Part shown: in pieces, positions 10,790 to 20,176 of the stretch
How the letters are laid out: each line of letters starts with the position of its first letter
How positions within the stretch are numbered: the stretch's first letter is position 1
Assembly: GCA_046045965.1 (NCBI GenBank)
Contig: JBJOKS010000016.1
Location: 1 to 64,000, forward strand
Source of the DNA: Cyanobacteriota bacterium
Lineage (GTDB): Bacteria; Cyanobacteriota; Cyanobacteriia; Cyanobacteriales; Nostocaceae
Direction of reading: 5' to 3'
DNA: 64,000 nt
Made by a program: the position numbers and the translations under genes
Notes under the pieces: generated by a model
Seen by the model: only the letters and a program-made list of their open reading frames with translations
What the model was told of the DNA's origin: nothing
Database searches by the model: none

Positions 10790-11473
10790 ATGAGTTCAAA
10801 GACTAAGGATTTACAGGCAAGTTACGCTAAAACTCGCTTGCTGCTTGCTTTGTGGGATTTGGGAGGATGTGAGCAGAAGGTAGCTAAGGGTAAATTAAGC
10901 AAGCGGGTAGTGTCCAAAGGTCAGAAGATGGCGGACTATCAAGGTATTTTAGAGGATTTGGAAGCACAGGGAGCGATCGCTGTTGCTAAAAAAGGATCTG
11001 GAATGAGTTATTCTCTCACTTCTCCAATAGGTTTAGAGGTCTTGGGTGCGGGTTTGCGTAGTGGTGAGTTTAAGTTTAGTACAAATATTGGCGCTTGGGT
11101 AGGTAATTCTTTATTGCGGTTGTTGCGTCAGGATAATGTGGTTGTTGCTGCACCTGTGGTTGTTAATGATGGGGTTAAGGGTGGGGTTATTAATTCCTAT
11201 GAGGAGTTTAAAACTGTAGCGTTGGATGTTTATGATAAGTTGAATTATGAATATAATTTTAATAATTTAGTACCTATTTATCGTATTAGAAGAACTATAG
11301 GAGAGCGCGTTAGTAGAACTGAATTTAATGATTGGTTATTAGAAATGCAAGCTGATGATATTTTTCAACTACAAGGAGGGAGTGTAGAAGATAGCGCACC
11401 AGACAAAATTGAAGATTCTGTCAGTACAGAATTAGATGGTTTACGTTGTTATGCTCGACTGTTGAAAGATTAA
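10790..11473 (+). CDS. Hypothetical protein, probable winged-helix DNA-binding domains
   Basis: 227-aa ORF; N-terminal helix-turn-helix/wing pattern (YSLT..GLEVL) and C-terminal LVPIYRIRR..RVSRTEFNDWLLEMQ segment; first gene of cassette. Confidence 0.75.
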   Translation: MSSKTKDLQASYAKTRLLLALWDLGGCEQKVAKGKLSKRVVSKGQKMADYQGILEDLEAQGAIAVAKKGSGMSYSLTSPIGLEVLGAGLRSGEFKFSTNIGAWVGNSLLRLLRQDNVVVAAPVVVNDGVKGGVINSYEEFKTVALDVYDKLNYEYNFNNLVPIYRIRRTIGERVSRTEFNDWLLEMQADDIFQLQGGSVEDSAPDKIEDSVSTELDGLRCYARLLKD

Positions 11474-11521
11474 AAAAGTTTAGATTTTATTGAAACATTC
11501 ACACACCACACTGAAATTATT

Positions 11522-13423
11522 ATGACTACTGACACATCCAAAATTGATCAACTGATTAAAACTCATAACCCATTTGCAGGTCATATTGTAGTTAGACCTC
11601 AACAAATATGGGGTAAAAGTTATCCTGATGTTCCTTCAATAAATGCTCATGCTTCTAATGCTGTATTTGATGCAATTGACAAAATTAAAAAGGGTCAACA
11701 TCAGACTGTAGGTATTACAATTACCGCAGAAAAAGGATTAGGAAAAAGTCATATTATTAGTAGAATACGTCATCAATTACAAGGCAGTCAAGATGGCGTA
11801 TTTATTTACATGAGTAAGTATGATAATTTAAATAAAATTCAATGCCAGTTTTTAGAAAGTGTTACATCTAGTTTAAGAGCATTTATTAGACCTAATGTAA
11901 TGCCATTTCAAGAAATAGCCGCAGCATTAATTAATGAGGGTATGGGATGGAAATATACTACAGAAAACTATATTGATCATGTATTTCCGAAGTTACTAAA
12001 ACAGTCTTTAGAAAAATATAATTCAGTTACAACAGTAGTTGAAACATTAAGAAATCGAATTGAACAAAAAAAGTCTAATATTAGCAACCCTTATATAGTT
12101 CAAGCAATTCTATGGACACTTTCCACAAATCATATTAATGCTGCAAATTTCTGGTTATCAGGAAAAGAACTACCAGAAGCACACGCTAAGTTAATGGGAT
12201 TACCAAATATTACCGAAAGTGACAAAGAAACTCAAGCCTTAAATAATGCTAGGCAAATTTTAGATATTGTTAGTGATTATCGAGTTCCTGTAATTTGTTT
12301 TGATGAATTAGATATAGCTGACATTGCAGATAATGGATTTACAGCAGCGCAGGTAGTTGCTAATTTATCCAAAGATTTATATAACAACCTTAAAAAAGGA
12401 GTATTGCTATTAGCAATGTATCCTGAAACATGGAGAGATCAAATAAATTATTTACCACAAGCAGAAGCAGTAATTGATAGATTAATTAGTGAAAAAACTG
12501 ATCGAAAACCAATCATTTTAAACTATCTCAATTCCGATCATGTAGTTGCGCTAGTACAAACATGGTTACAAGAATTTTACCAAAAATATCAACAAATGCC
12601 ACCTCATCCTCTTTACCCATTTAATGAAAGTAAACTGAGAGAATTTGGTAAAGGTAAACCGACTATTAGAGCAGTTTTAAAATGGTGTGCAGAAAATTTT
12701 GTAATATCTAATAATGGTGATGATCCACCAGGAAAAGATAATGGAGACAAAATAGATCCTAATCCTGTTAAACCCTTCTTTTTAGCGGAATTAGTACATT
12801 TAAAAAATCCTAATGATTCATTATTAGACGATGAAGAAACTATTTCTAAATCTCTAAAATTCTGTTTTGAAAGATTGATAGGTGAAACTCTGAAAGGTGT
12901 AACAGTTGAAAAAGTTGAAGAGTTTACTAATGACAACCATCTTGATTTTAAAATTATTGGTAATCAGCAACAAGTGAAAATTGGAGTAGATGTTTTACAA
13001 CAGCCAGGAGGTGTAGGTGTTACAACAGCTTTAGGTAAACTAATTGCCTATGAAAAGTATGATTTAACTCGCGGTTGTTTAGTACGTTCCAAACAAATAG
13101 GTACTAATGCAGCAGCAGCTAGAGAAAATTTACGAAAACTCTTAAAAGAAAAAGGAGGAGAATGGGTAAGTTTACAATTTCAAGATATTAAACCACTCTT
13201 AGCAATATTTTATGTGTGGGAAAATCATAAGAGTTACGAATTAACAGAAGAGCAGATTTTTGAATTTATTAAACAGAAGAAAATTGTAATTACAAATCCT
13301 CTAATTAAAGAAATTTTAAGTGATCCTTCTGGTCAAGAACCTGATAATTTAACAGATGATGAATTACCAATGAGAATACCTCAAAGCGTTGATAATAGCA
13401 ATGACATTAAATTAAACATCTAA
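11522..13423 (+). CDS. P-loop (AAA-like) ATPase with uncharacterised C-terminal domain
   Basis: Walker A AEKGLGKS, Walker B VICFDELD; G/D/P linker, then alpha/beta domain (LDFKIIG..KIGVDV). Confidence 0.85.
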   Translation: MTTDTSKIDQLIKTHNPFAGHIVVRPQQIWGKSYPDVPSINAHASNAVFDAIDKIKKGQHQTVGITITAEKGLGKSHIISRIRHQLQGSQDGVFIYMSKYDNLNKIQCQFLESVTSSLRAFIRPNVMPFQEIAAALINEGMGWKYTTENYIDHVFPKLLKQSLEKYNSVTTVVETLRNRIEQKKSNISNPYIVQAILWTLSTNHINAANFWLSGKELPEAHAKLMGLPNITESDKETQALNNARQILDIVSDYRVPVICFDELDIADIADNGFTAAQVVANLSKDLYNNLKKGVLLLAMYPETWRDQINYLPQAEAVIDRLISEKTDRKPIILNYLNSDHVVALVQTWLQEFYQKYQQMPPHPLYPFNESKLREFGKGKPTIRAVLKWCAENFVISNNGDDPPGKDNGDKIDPNPVKPFFLAELVHLKNPNDSLLDDEETISKSLKFCFERLIGETLKGVTVEKVEEFTNDNHLDFKIIGNQQQVKIGVDVLQQPGGVGVTTALGKLIAYEKYDLTRGCLVRSKQIGTNAAAARENLRKLLKEKGGEWVSLQFQDIKPLLAIFYVWENHKSYELTEEQIFEFIKQKKIVITNPLIKEILSDPSGQEPDNLTDDELPMRIPQSVDNSNDIKLNI

Positions 13424-13430
13424 AGTAAAA

Positions 13431-14450
13431 ATGAATCAGTCCTTTTCACTTCCTACTGCATTATGTTTACCCGTCCCTGATATTGAAGCATTAATACAGG
13501 GACAAACAATAGCAGTTTTACCTGAAATGTTTCTTCGTCCTGGACAAAGATTTTATCTTTATCCTGTAGAAATATCTACAGTAGAAATTGATAAATATTA
13601 CCGTAAAAACTTTTTACCCATTGCTAAAACTGCATGGGGAAAATTTCATAAACCAGGAATTTTACTACAACCTCAACAACTGAATTTAATTGAAACTAAC
13701 CAACAACTACAATTACCCTTATCTCAAAATAATCTTTTAATTAAAGCATGGGCTAAATGTGAACTTTGTCGAACTTTAGATAAAACCGAATCACTAGATA
13801 TTTTATCTCAAATAACCATCTGGAAAACAGAAAGATTTGAGGAAATATTACAAAACCTTACTCATTTTTTCCTAGCTTATTTACGAGTTTATCACTTAGA
13901 TAAACCCTTAGAAATTCCAATTATTCCCAACATTCAAGAAAAACTAGGAAAATTTGCACCCTTTTGTATTAAAATTATTATGGCTGCTGGTGATTTAACA
14001 AAAGATGCTGAATTAACTGCAAAAGGAAATAAAATGAACGTTATTCGTCCAGAAACTTTACAAAGGTTAGTTGAATTAAAAGCAAAACATCCAGGTTCAA
14101 TAGATTTATTAAATTTGAAGCAATACTTAGAAAATGAACCATTTGGAGAAAAAGCTGATGATGAAATTCACGAATATATAAAAAAAGTAGAAAAAGAAAT
14201 AAAATTGAGATCGCACATTATCCAAGTATTAAAAAACTACTTACAACTTTCCCAAAATGAAAGTGCAAAAGTAGAATCACTTCATGCAATATATGTCACT
14301 TCTAACCCACCAAAAAACCTGGATGATCGGGAATTATATAATATTCTCATCGAACTATCATCACCATTAACAGGTTATTTAGGAAGAATTAAAGAAAATT
14401 ATTGGAAAAAAGATCGCTTTTACTACTTACGCGACTTATCAATAAATTAA
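13431..14450 (+). CDS. DUF1802-type protein, probably lacking its central nuclease segment
   Basis: N-terminal ALCLPVPDIEALIQG..F.LYP..AWAKCE..FLAYLRVY; C-terminal ILIELSSPLTGYLGR winged-helix-like tail; starts 7 nt after ATPase stop. Confidence 0.65.
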   Translation: MNQSFSLPTALCLPVPDIEALIQGQTIAVLPEMFLRPGQRFYLYPVEISTVEIDKYYRKNFLPIAKTAWGKFHKPGILLQPQQLNLIETNQQLQLPLSQNNLLIKAWAKCELCRTLDKTESLDILSQITIWKTERFEEILQNLTHFFLAYLRVYHLDKPLEIPIIPNIQEKLGKFAPFCIKIIMAAGDLTKDAELTAKGNKMNVIRPETLQRLVELKAKHPGSIDLLNLKQYLENEPFGEKADDEIHEYIKKVEKEIKLRSHIIQVLKNYLQLSQNESAKVESLHAIYVTSNPPKNLDDRELYNILIELSSPLTGYLGRIKENYWKKDRFYYLRDLSIN

Positions 14451-14517
14451 AAATAACTCTTTTCTCTGCGTGAAATAAAAAATAAACGCAATTTGAATTA
14501 ACGTGGTTATAAATTTC

Positions 14518-14603
14518 AGATAGTTCTTCCTCGTCCAAATCATCATAACAGGGTTTTCGGTCCGTGTCAATAGATTTGACTATCTCTATTGCGGAAAAAT
14601 ACC
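14518..14603 (-). repeat. 86-bp direct repeat, right copy, containing TTGACA-17-TATGAT on minus strand
   Basis: Matches 10435-10520. Confidence 0.9.
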
Positions 14604-14712
14604 AAAAAAAATGATGATTGCAAAACGACTGATTTTTTTGCTCTTGTAGAGACGTTCCAGACGCAGAGAGTGTAGAATAGAAAACGCTGCCTTTGAGTAC
14701 ATTAGGGATTTT

Positions 14713-15015
14713 ATGGCCAAAAAGAGTATGATTGAGCGCGAGAAGAAACGCGCCAAATTGGTGGAAAAGTATGCTGAAAAGCGGGAAGCCCTGCTAGATG
14801 AGTTCAAATCAGCAGAATCTCCCCTAGATAAGCTAGAAATTCACCGCAAAATTCAACAACTACCTCGCAACAGTGCGCCTACTCGTCGCCAAAACCGTTG
14901 CTGGTTAACTGGTCGTCCTAGAGGAGTTTACCGTGATTTTGGACTATCTCGGAACGTTCTCCGGGAATGGGCGCACCAAGGTTTATTACCTGGGGTTGTT
15001 AAGTCTAGCTGGTAG
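14713..15015 (+). CDS. rpsN: 30S ribosomal protein S14 (non-zinc-ribbon form)
   Basis: [42 protein letters not shown]. Confidence 0.99.
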   Translation: MAKKSMIEREKKRAKLVEKYAEKREALLDEFKSAESPLDKLEIHRKIQQLPRNSAPTRRQNRCWLTGRPRGVYRDFGLSRNVLREWAHQGLLPGVVKSSW

Positions 15016-15105
15016 TCAGTGGTCAACCGCTTCGCGGAAGTCAAAAGTCAAAAGTCAAAAGTCAAAAGTATAATGACCGATGACTAATGACTAATGACCA
15101 AATTG

Positions 15106-15435
15106 TTATTGACCACAACAACGATCAATTCCCAGGCTATCTAAGAGTAGATCGCTAACGGCGTTGGCGATCGCAAACTCTCCATAAAAGCTTTTAGAAA
15201 AATCAAATGCTTGCATCTCTGTGACAATAGCAATAACCAGAGATCCTAAATCATTTTCTCCTTCCATGCGTTGCCTGACAAAAATCTGCGCTGCACGGTG
15301 GGCAATTTTTTGATTAACTACTTCGGGAAGAAATTCTGTATCTAGCCATAACAACAGTCGCTTTTGCAACCATTCGCCTTCTTGTTGAGGATTTTCCGCT
15401 GGTGGTAGGGTAATGGGTGGAATTGGCTGAGTCAT
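15106..15435 (-). CDS. Conserved cyanobacterial hypothetical protein
   Basis: WLDTEFLPE..AAQIFVRQRMEGENDLG; likely start MTQPIPP at 15435. Confidence 0.8.
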   Translation of the reverse strand: MTQPIPPITLPPAENPQQEGEWLQKRLLLWLDTEFLPEVVNQKIAHRAAQIFVRQRMEGENDLGSLVIAIVTEMQAFDFSKSFYGEFAIANAVSDLLLDSLGIDRCCGQ

Positions 15436-15485
15436 GTTTGTATATCTTAAATAGATTTTGTGTACCAAGGTAATCTCAGAGGAAC

Positions 15486-15520
<35 letters not shown>

Positions 15521-15637
15521 AAAACCCTGTTTTAGTCTGAGTTTCATCATCACTTGATCTCCTTTTTAACCATCCTGAACATTGCTATAACAGCAAGTTG
15601 CGTTTCTCTGAGGCTTATTGTGATTGTTAGCCGAACT

Positions 15638-16213
15638 ATGGAATATGATGTTGCTGCTATTATTCGAGGTTATGCTCAAGGCTATTTTCTCATGGCTGAT
15701 GAGTATGATCACCTGGGATGGTATGGAAGTAAAGAACATACCTTGATTCCCTTAGATAACAGATTTCGCTACCCCAAGTCTTTACAACGGGTTCTCAACC
15801 AAGAAAGGTTTACAGTAGCGATTAACCGGGACTTCCTGGGTGTGGTTAATGGATGCGCTAACCGGGAAACTACTTGGATTTCTGAAGAATTAAAAAAAAT
15901 CTACTGGTTACTATACCAAACTGGTTATGCTTATAGTTTTGAAACGTGGCAAGGTGATAAACTGGCAGGGGGAATTTTAGGGATTGTGATTGGTGGTGCT
16001 TTTATTGGTGAATCGATGTTTTACAACATTCCCGAAGGTTCTAAGGTAGCAATGGTCAAGTTGGTAGAAAGATTGCGGGAAAGGAAATTTTTACTATTTG
16101 ATGCACAAATGATGAATCCTCATTTAGAGAGATTTGGTGCTTATCCCATCAATAATAAAGACTATGAGACTTTATTGAGACAAGCTTTACAAATACCTTG
16201 TTCATTAGAATGA
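15638..16213 (+). CDS. aat: Leucyl/phenylalanyl-tRNA--protein transferase
   Basis: [39 protein letters not shown] 15638. Confidence 0.95.
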   Translation: MEYDVAAIIRGYAQGYFLMADEYDHLGWYGSKEHTLIPLDNRFRYPKSLQRVLNQERFTVAINRDFLGVVNGCANRETTWISEELKKIYWLLYQTGYAYSFETWQGDKLAGGILGIVIGGAFIGESMFYNIPEGSKVAMVKLVERLRERKFLLFDAQMMNPHLERFGAYPINNKDYETLLRQALQIPCSLE

Positions 16214-16269
16214 TTGGTAATGGGTAATTGCTAAAGATATCTTCCCAGTCCCCAGTCCCCAGTCCCCAG

Positions 16270-17172
16270 TCACCTATTAGCAAAACGGTGGACAGCGAAT
16301 AAACTACCCATTAACCCGACAATTGCGCCAAAACCGAGGAGAATGAGAGGTAATAGCAAGGTTTGGGAAAAAGTCAGCTGTAAACCGTTGCTAATAAATT
16401 GGATAAATTCAGGTTGATTGGCTAGTAAGCGGTTGATAAATTGTTGAGTGACAGAAATAAAACTCCAAGCGATCGCTCCACCAACCAAACCAAAGGATAT
16501 TCCCTGTAAAATAAATGGTAAATAAATCCAAGCAGTAGTAGCACCTACCAATTGCATGATTTCAATTTCCCGACGACGCGCCATGACAATCAGACGTATA
16601 GTAGTTGTAGTGACAGCGATCGCAGTTAAAGTTAAAATAATGGTAATTGTCAAAGTCAGCCAATTTAAACCCCGATGTAATTGAGCGATACGTTTTACAG
16701 CTTCATCTACATACTGCACCACATCCACACCTTGTATTTTGGCTAACTCTGTTGCTAAATCAGGTACAACTTGGGGATTTGCAGCTTTTACCTTGATTTC
16801 ATCCACCAAAGGATTACCCCCTAGTTGTTGGTTAGCACCTTCAATATCAGTCAAACCCAGTTCTTTAACTAACTTTGTCCAAGCTTGATCCTTAGTAATT
16901 ACTTCTACTCCCGCCACATTAGGGATATTTGCTACCATTGGTTCAATATTGACAGCTTGAATACCCGATTCCAGATAAACTGATAATTCCAACTGACTAC
17001 CGAACTGATTGAGGAGTCGTTCAACTTGCCAGGAAGTTTGCAAACTTAACCCAAATAAAAATAGTAACACTGTCACAGTGCTAACCGCAGCCCAATTCAT
17101 CCAACCTCCCCGCAATAACCCCAGGAAAGTTTCTTTCAGCAGATAATCTAGTTTAGTGAGAAATTTCAACAT
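16270..17172 (-). CDS. ftsX: Cell division permease FtsX
   Basis: 4-TM layout, NPLVD, RRREIEIMQLVGAT..IYLPF. Confidence 0.93.
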   Translation of the reverse strand: MLKFLTKLDYLLKETFLGLLRGGWMNWAAVSTVTVLLFLFGLSLQTSWQVERLLNQFGSQLELSVYLESGIQAVNIEPMVANIPNVAGVEVITKDQAWTKLVKELGLTDIEGANQQLGGNPLVDEIKVKAANPQVVPDLATELAKIQGVDVVQYVDEAVKRIAQLHRGLNWLTLTITIILTLTAIAVTTTTIRLIVMARRREIEIMQLVGATTAWIYLPFILQGISFGLVGGAIAWSFISVTQQFINRLLANQPEFIQFISNGLQLTFSQTLLLPLILLGFGAIVGLMGSLFAVHRFANR

Positions 17173-17173
17173 A

Positions 17174-17278
17174 TTGGTAATTGGTAATTGGTAATTGGTA
17201 ATTGGTAATTGGTAATTGGTAATTGGTAATTGGTAATTGGTAATTGGTAATTGGTAATTGGTAATTGGTAATTGGTAA
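17174..17278. repeat. STRR array (TTGGTAA)x15, followed by (CTGTCAC)x5 at 17290-17324
   Basis: Direct reading; other heptamer arrays near 8402, 15039, 15487, 16245, 20109, 22672, 35248, 45843, 52978, 62070, 63154, 63198. Confidence 0.97.
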
Positions 17279-17403
17279 TTAATTATTTACTGTCACCTGT
17301 CACCTGTCACCTGTCACCTGTCACCAGTAAAGAGTCCCCAATCACCAACCAAATAACGATAGAATGAAATTAATCAGACATTCATCATTAAGCTAAGACA
17401 ATC

Positions 17404-17967
17404 ATGCCCTCTGATATTGCTGTAGAGAAGAAAAAGTTAAAAAATCCACCTTTGAAGCTTCATTATTTAGGCGATCGCGTCCTACGTCAACCTGCAAAGC
17501 GGGTGACAAAAATAGATGATGAACTTCGCCAACTGGTACGGGATATGCTGCAAACTATGTACAGCGAGGATGGTATTGGTTTAGCTGCTCCCCAGGTTGG
17601 AATTAATAAACAACTGATTGTCATCGACTGTGAACCAGACAAACCAGAAGTACCACCACTGGTTTTGATTAACCCTGTGATTAAACAGGTTAGCAATGAG
17701 CTTTGTATTGCTCAAGAGGGTTGTTTAAGTATCCCTAAAGTTTTTTTGGATGTCAAACGCCCGAAAGTTGTAGAAATTGCTTATAAAGATGAATATGGTC
17801 GTCCCAAAACCTTAAAAGCTGGTGACTTATTGGGAAGATGTATTTTACACGAGATGGATCACCTCAATGGTGTGGTATTTGTGGATCGTGTAGATAATTC
17901 CTTGACTTTAGCACAGGAGCTATCTAAAAATGGCTTCTCGTATCAAGCAGTAAAACCAGTAGCATAG
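17404..17967 (+). CDS. def: Peptide deformylase
   Basis: GIGLAAPQVG, EGCLS, HEMDH. Confidence 0.98.
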   Translation: MPSDIAVEKKKLKNPPLKLHYLGDRVLRQPAKRVTKIDDELRQLVRDMLQTMYSEDGIGLAAPQVGINKQLIVIDCEPDKPEVPPLVLINPVIKQVSNELCIAQEGCLSIPKVFLDVKRPKVVEIAYKDEYGRPKTLKAGDLLGRCILHEMDHLNGVVFVDRVDNSLTLAQELSKNGFSYQAVKPVA

Positions 17968-17978
17968 GTGGTCTAGTT

Positions 17979-18182
17979 GTGTATTTAACTCCAAAAAGCG
18001 GTTTATTTTTAGGTGGTTCTTGTTTTACAGCGATCGCTGCTGTTGGTTCTGTGTTTGAACTCAGTTATGGACAACCTGATTTCGGTGTCCAAACCACTGC
18101 CATTATTCTAGCTTTAAGCATTCCCCTGACTGTTTTATTTTTTATTGCGGCCGTCAAGGATGCACGGGCGAATATAAAATAA
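17979..18182 (+). CDS. Small two-TM hypothetical membrane protein
   Basis: 67 aa, GTG start 11 nt after def, contains HIP1, followed by terminator. Confidence 0.7.
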   Translation: MYLTPKSGLFLGGSCFTAIAAVGSVFELSYGQPDFGVQTTAIILALSIPLTVLFFIAAVKDARANIK

Positions 18183-18195
18183 GCATCAGGTATAC

Positions 18196-18238
18196 AAAAA
18201 GGTAAGAGTTTATACTATTCTTTTACCTTTTGTTTTTT
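18196..18238 (+). terminator. Rho-independent terminator
   Basis: CAAAAAGGTAAGAG...CTTTTACCTTTTG stem, T-rich tail. Confidence 0.65.
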
Positions 18239-18327
18239 GGTAATTGGTGATTGGTAATTGCTAATTGGTAATTAAAAGGTATTTAATTTAACAAAAAAAC
18301 ATAGAAAAAAATCCGTAGGAGAGAGGA

Positions 18328-18454
18328 TTGATTTTTTTCTAGGGGCGTGGTAGCATATATAGTATATTCAATATAATGAGATGTAAGCTTTTTAAAAAAT
18401 TTTGCCAACACTCCATTATACTAAAATAGTAACGCGCCCCAGGGAAAAAGTCAA
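18328..18454. promoter_or_regulatory. Imperfect inverted repeat whose arms are two convergent sigma70-like promoters
   Basis: Plus: TTGATT-17-TAGCAT (18328-18356); minus: TTGACT-17-TACTAT (18454-18426); spacers mutually similar (TTTTTCTAGGGGCGTGG vs TTTTCCCTGGGGCGCGT). Confidence 0.6.
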
Positions 18455-18552
18455 CGACCCAAAGATAAAAACTTGCGCGACTTTAATCAAAAATTAAAAA
18501 TAAAAATTGATAGATTGATAATCAGTAATTGATCAAAACAGAAAATATAAAA

Positions 18553-19377
18553 ATGCTATTAACATCAACTAATACTGAATTATTTAGACTTTCCCAAGGA
18601 CATCTGAACTTACTAGCAACCTGTCCGCGTAAATTCCAGCATAATTATTTAGAAAAACTGGCCACACCCACAGATCCCAAACAAGAAGAACATCAGATTT
18701 CAGGTAGTCGTTTTCACCTATTAATGCAGCAGAGAGAAATAGGTTTACCAATTAATAGTTTTCTCGAAGCAGATGATAAATTGAAAACTTGGATGACAGA
18801 TTTTAACGAAACTGCACCAGAAATATTAACACCTGATATTAATAATCAAACCTTCCGAGAAAGTGAACATTATCGAACTTTGCAAATAGAAAATTACCTA
18901 CTGACAGTAGTTTATGATTTATTAATTGCAGATAACGAAAAAGCAGATATTTTTGATTGGAAAACATATCAAAAACCACAAAAAAGAAATGATTTAGCTA
19001 AGAATTGGCAAACCAAACTTTATATGTATGTTTTAGCAGAAACTAGCACCTATTTGCTGGAAAATATATCTATGACTTACTGGTTTGTTCAGGCTAAAGA
19101 GCAACCTAAAAATATTCCTTTTCACTATGAAACCAAAAAACACAGACAGACAGAAAAACAACTCAATCAATTGTTAAATAAATTAACAAATTGGTTAGAT
19201 GATTATGAAAATGGTAAACCATTTCCGCAGGTAGAAGAATCTAAAACCTGTGATTTTTGTCAGTTTGCTAAACAGTGCGATCGCTCTGCTAATCGGAGGT
19301 ATGACTCAAAAACTTTAGCAGCAACCGCAATTAATAATCTACCTAATCTTGATATTATTGAAGAAGTAGCACTATAG
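18553..19377 (+). CDS. PD-(D/E)XK nuclease, RecB/Cas4-like with four Cys
   Basis: CPRKF, GSRFH, YDLL..DWKT, Q..LY, CDFCQFAKQC. Confidence 0.88.
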   Translation: MLLTSTNTELFRLSQGHLNLLATCPRKFQHNYLEKLATPTDPKQEEHQISGSRFHLLMQQREIGLPINSFLEADDKLKTWMTDFNETAPEILTPDINNQTFRESEHYRTLQIENYLLTVVYDLLIADNEKADIFDWKTYQKPQKRNDLAKNWQTKLYMYVLAETSTYLLENISMTYWFVQAKEQPKNIPFHYETKKHRQTEKQLNQLLNKLTNWLDDYENGKPFPQVEESKTCDFCQFAKQCDRSANRRYDSKTLAATAINNLPNLDIIEEVAL

Positions 19378-19458
19378 CAGGTAACTTTTAACAGGGAAAA
19401 AGAAATATAGCAAAAATTAACCAAATAAATCAAATAAATCAAAAAGTTAATAAAAATT

Positions 19459-20100
19459 ATGAAAACCTTTGATGAAAGTGACACAATTTATGTTCGGGAA
19501 TTAGGAATTGATGATATAGCACCTGTTTACCACTTAGGTGAAGAACTATTTACCAGTGATTTATATCCTTATTTGTATCGTACCTGGGATGAATGGGAAG
19601 TCATAGGACTTTATAATACAGATCCAGAATATTGCCTAGTTGCGGAAACAGAAAGTGAACTGGCAGGATTTATTTTAGGCACAATAATTAGTAAAGCATC
19701 GTGGACTTATGGTTACATTTTGTGGTTAGGAGTAAATCCCAAATTTCAACGTCAGGGAGTTGCAGATAAATTAGTTGATAAAGTTGTAGCGCGAATGATT
19801 GAAGATGGGGCGCGGTTTATGTTAGTAGATACAGATCCGACAAATGTTCCAGCAGTGAAGTTTTTTAATAGAAAAGGTTTTGGTAATATCCGGCAGCATA
19901 TTTTCTTATCAATGAATTTGAGTAAACATCCATATTATGGTAGATTAATAGATTATGAACATCAAAAAGCTGAAAGGGCGGGTTATAGGCGTACTCGTTC
20001 TACTATTCGTTCCCGCAAATCTGAAGGAATTCCTGGTGAAGTAGTGATCAATCCTTTGGGTAGTGAATTACCAACAGATTTAATTATTAATGAGGAATGA
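19459..20100 (+). CDS. GNAT family N-acetyltransferase
   Basis: LGVNPKFQRQGVA acetyl-CoA motif, N.PAVKFFNRKGF. Confidence 0.9.
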   Translation: MKTFDESDTIYVRELGIDDIAPVYHLGEELFTSDLYPYLYRTWDEWEVIGLYNTDPEYCLVAETESELAGFILGTIISKASWTYGYILWLGVNPKFQRQGVADKLVDKVVARMIEDGARFMLVDTDPTNVPAVKFFNRKGFGNIRQHIFLSMNLSKHPYYGRLIDYEHQKAERAGYRRTRSTIRSRKSEGIPGEVVINPLGSELPTDLIINEE

Positions 20101-20176
20101 TTATAGGAGGCAAAAGGCAAAAGGCAAAAGGCAGATTTTTTAATTTATAATTTTTAATTTTTAATTAATTAATTCA

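Noticed and set aside
15554..15637. N-terminal extension of aat
   Set aside because: TTG start lies in repeat-derived sequence; family similarity begins at ATG 15638.
17174..17324. Possible CRISPR array (also considered given the Cas4-like gene at 18553)
   Set aside because: Pure 7-bp tandem STRRs with no spacers; no cas1/cas2 in the window.
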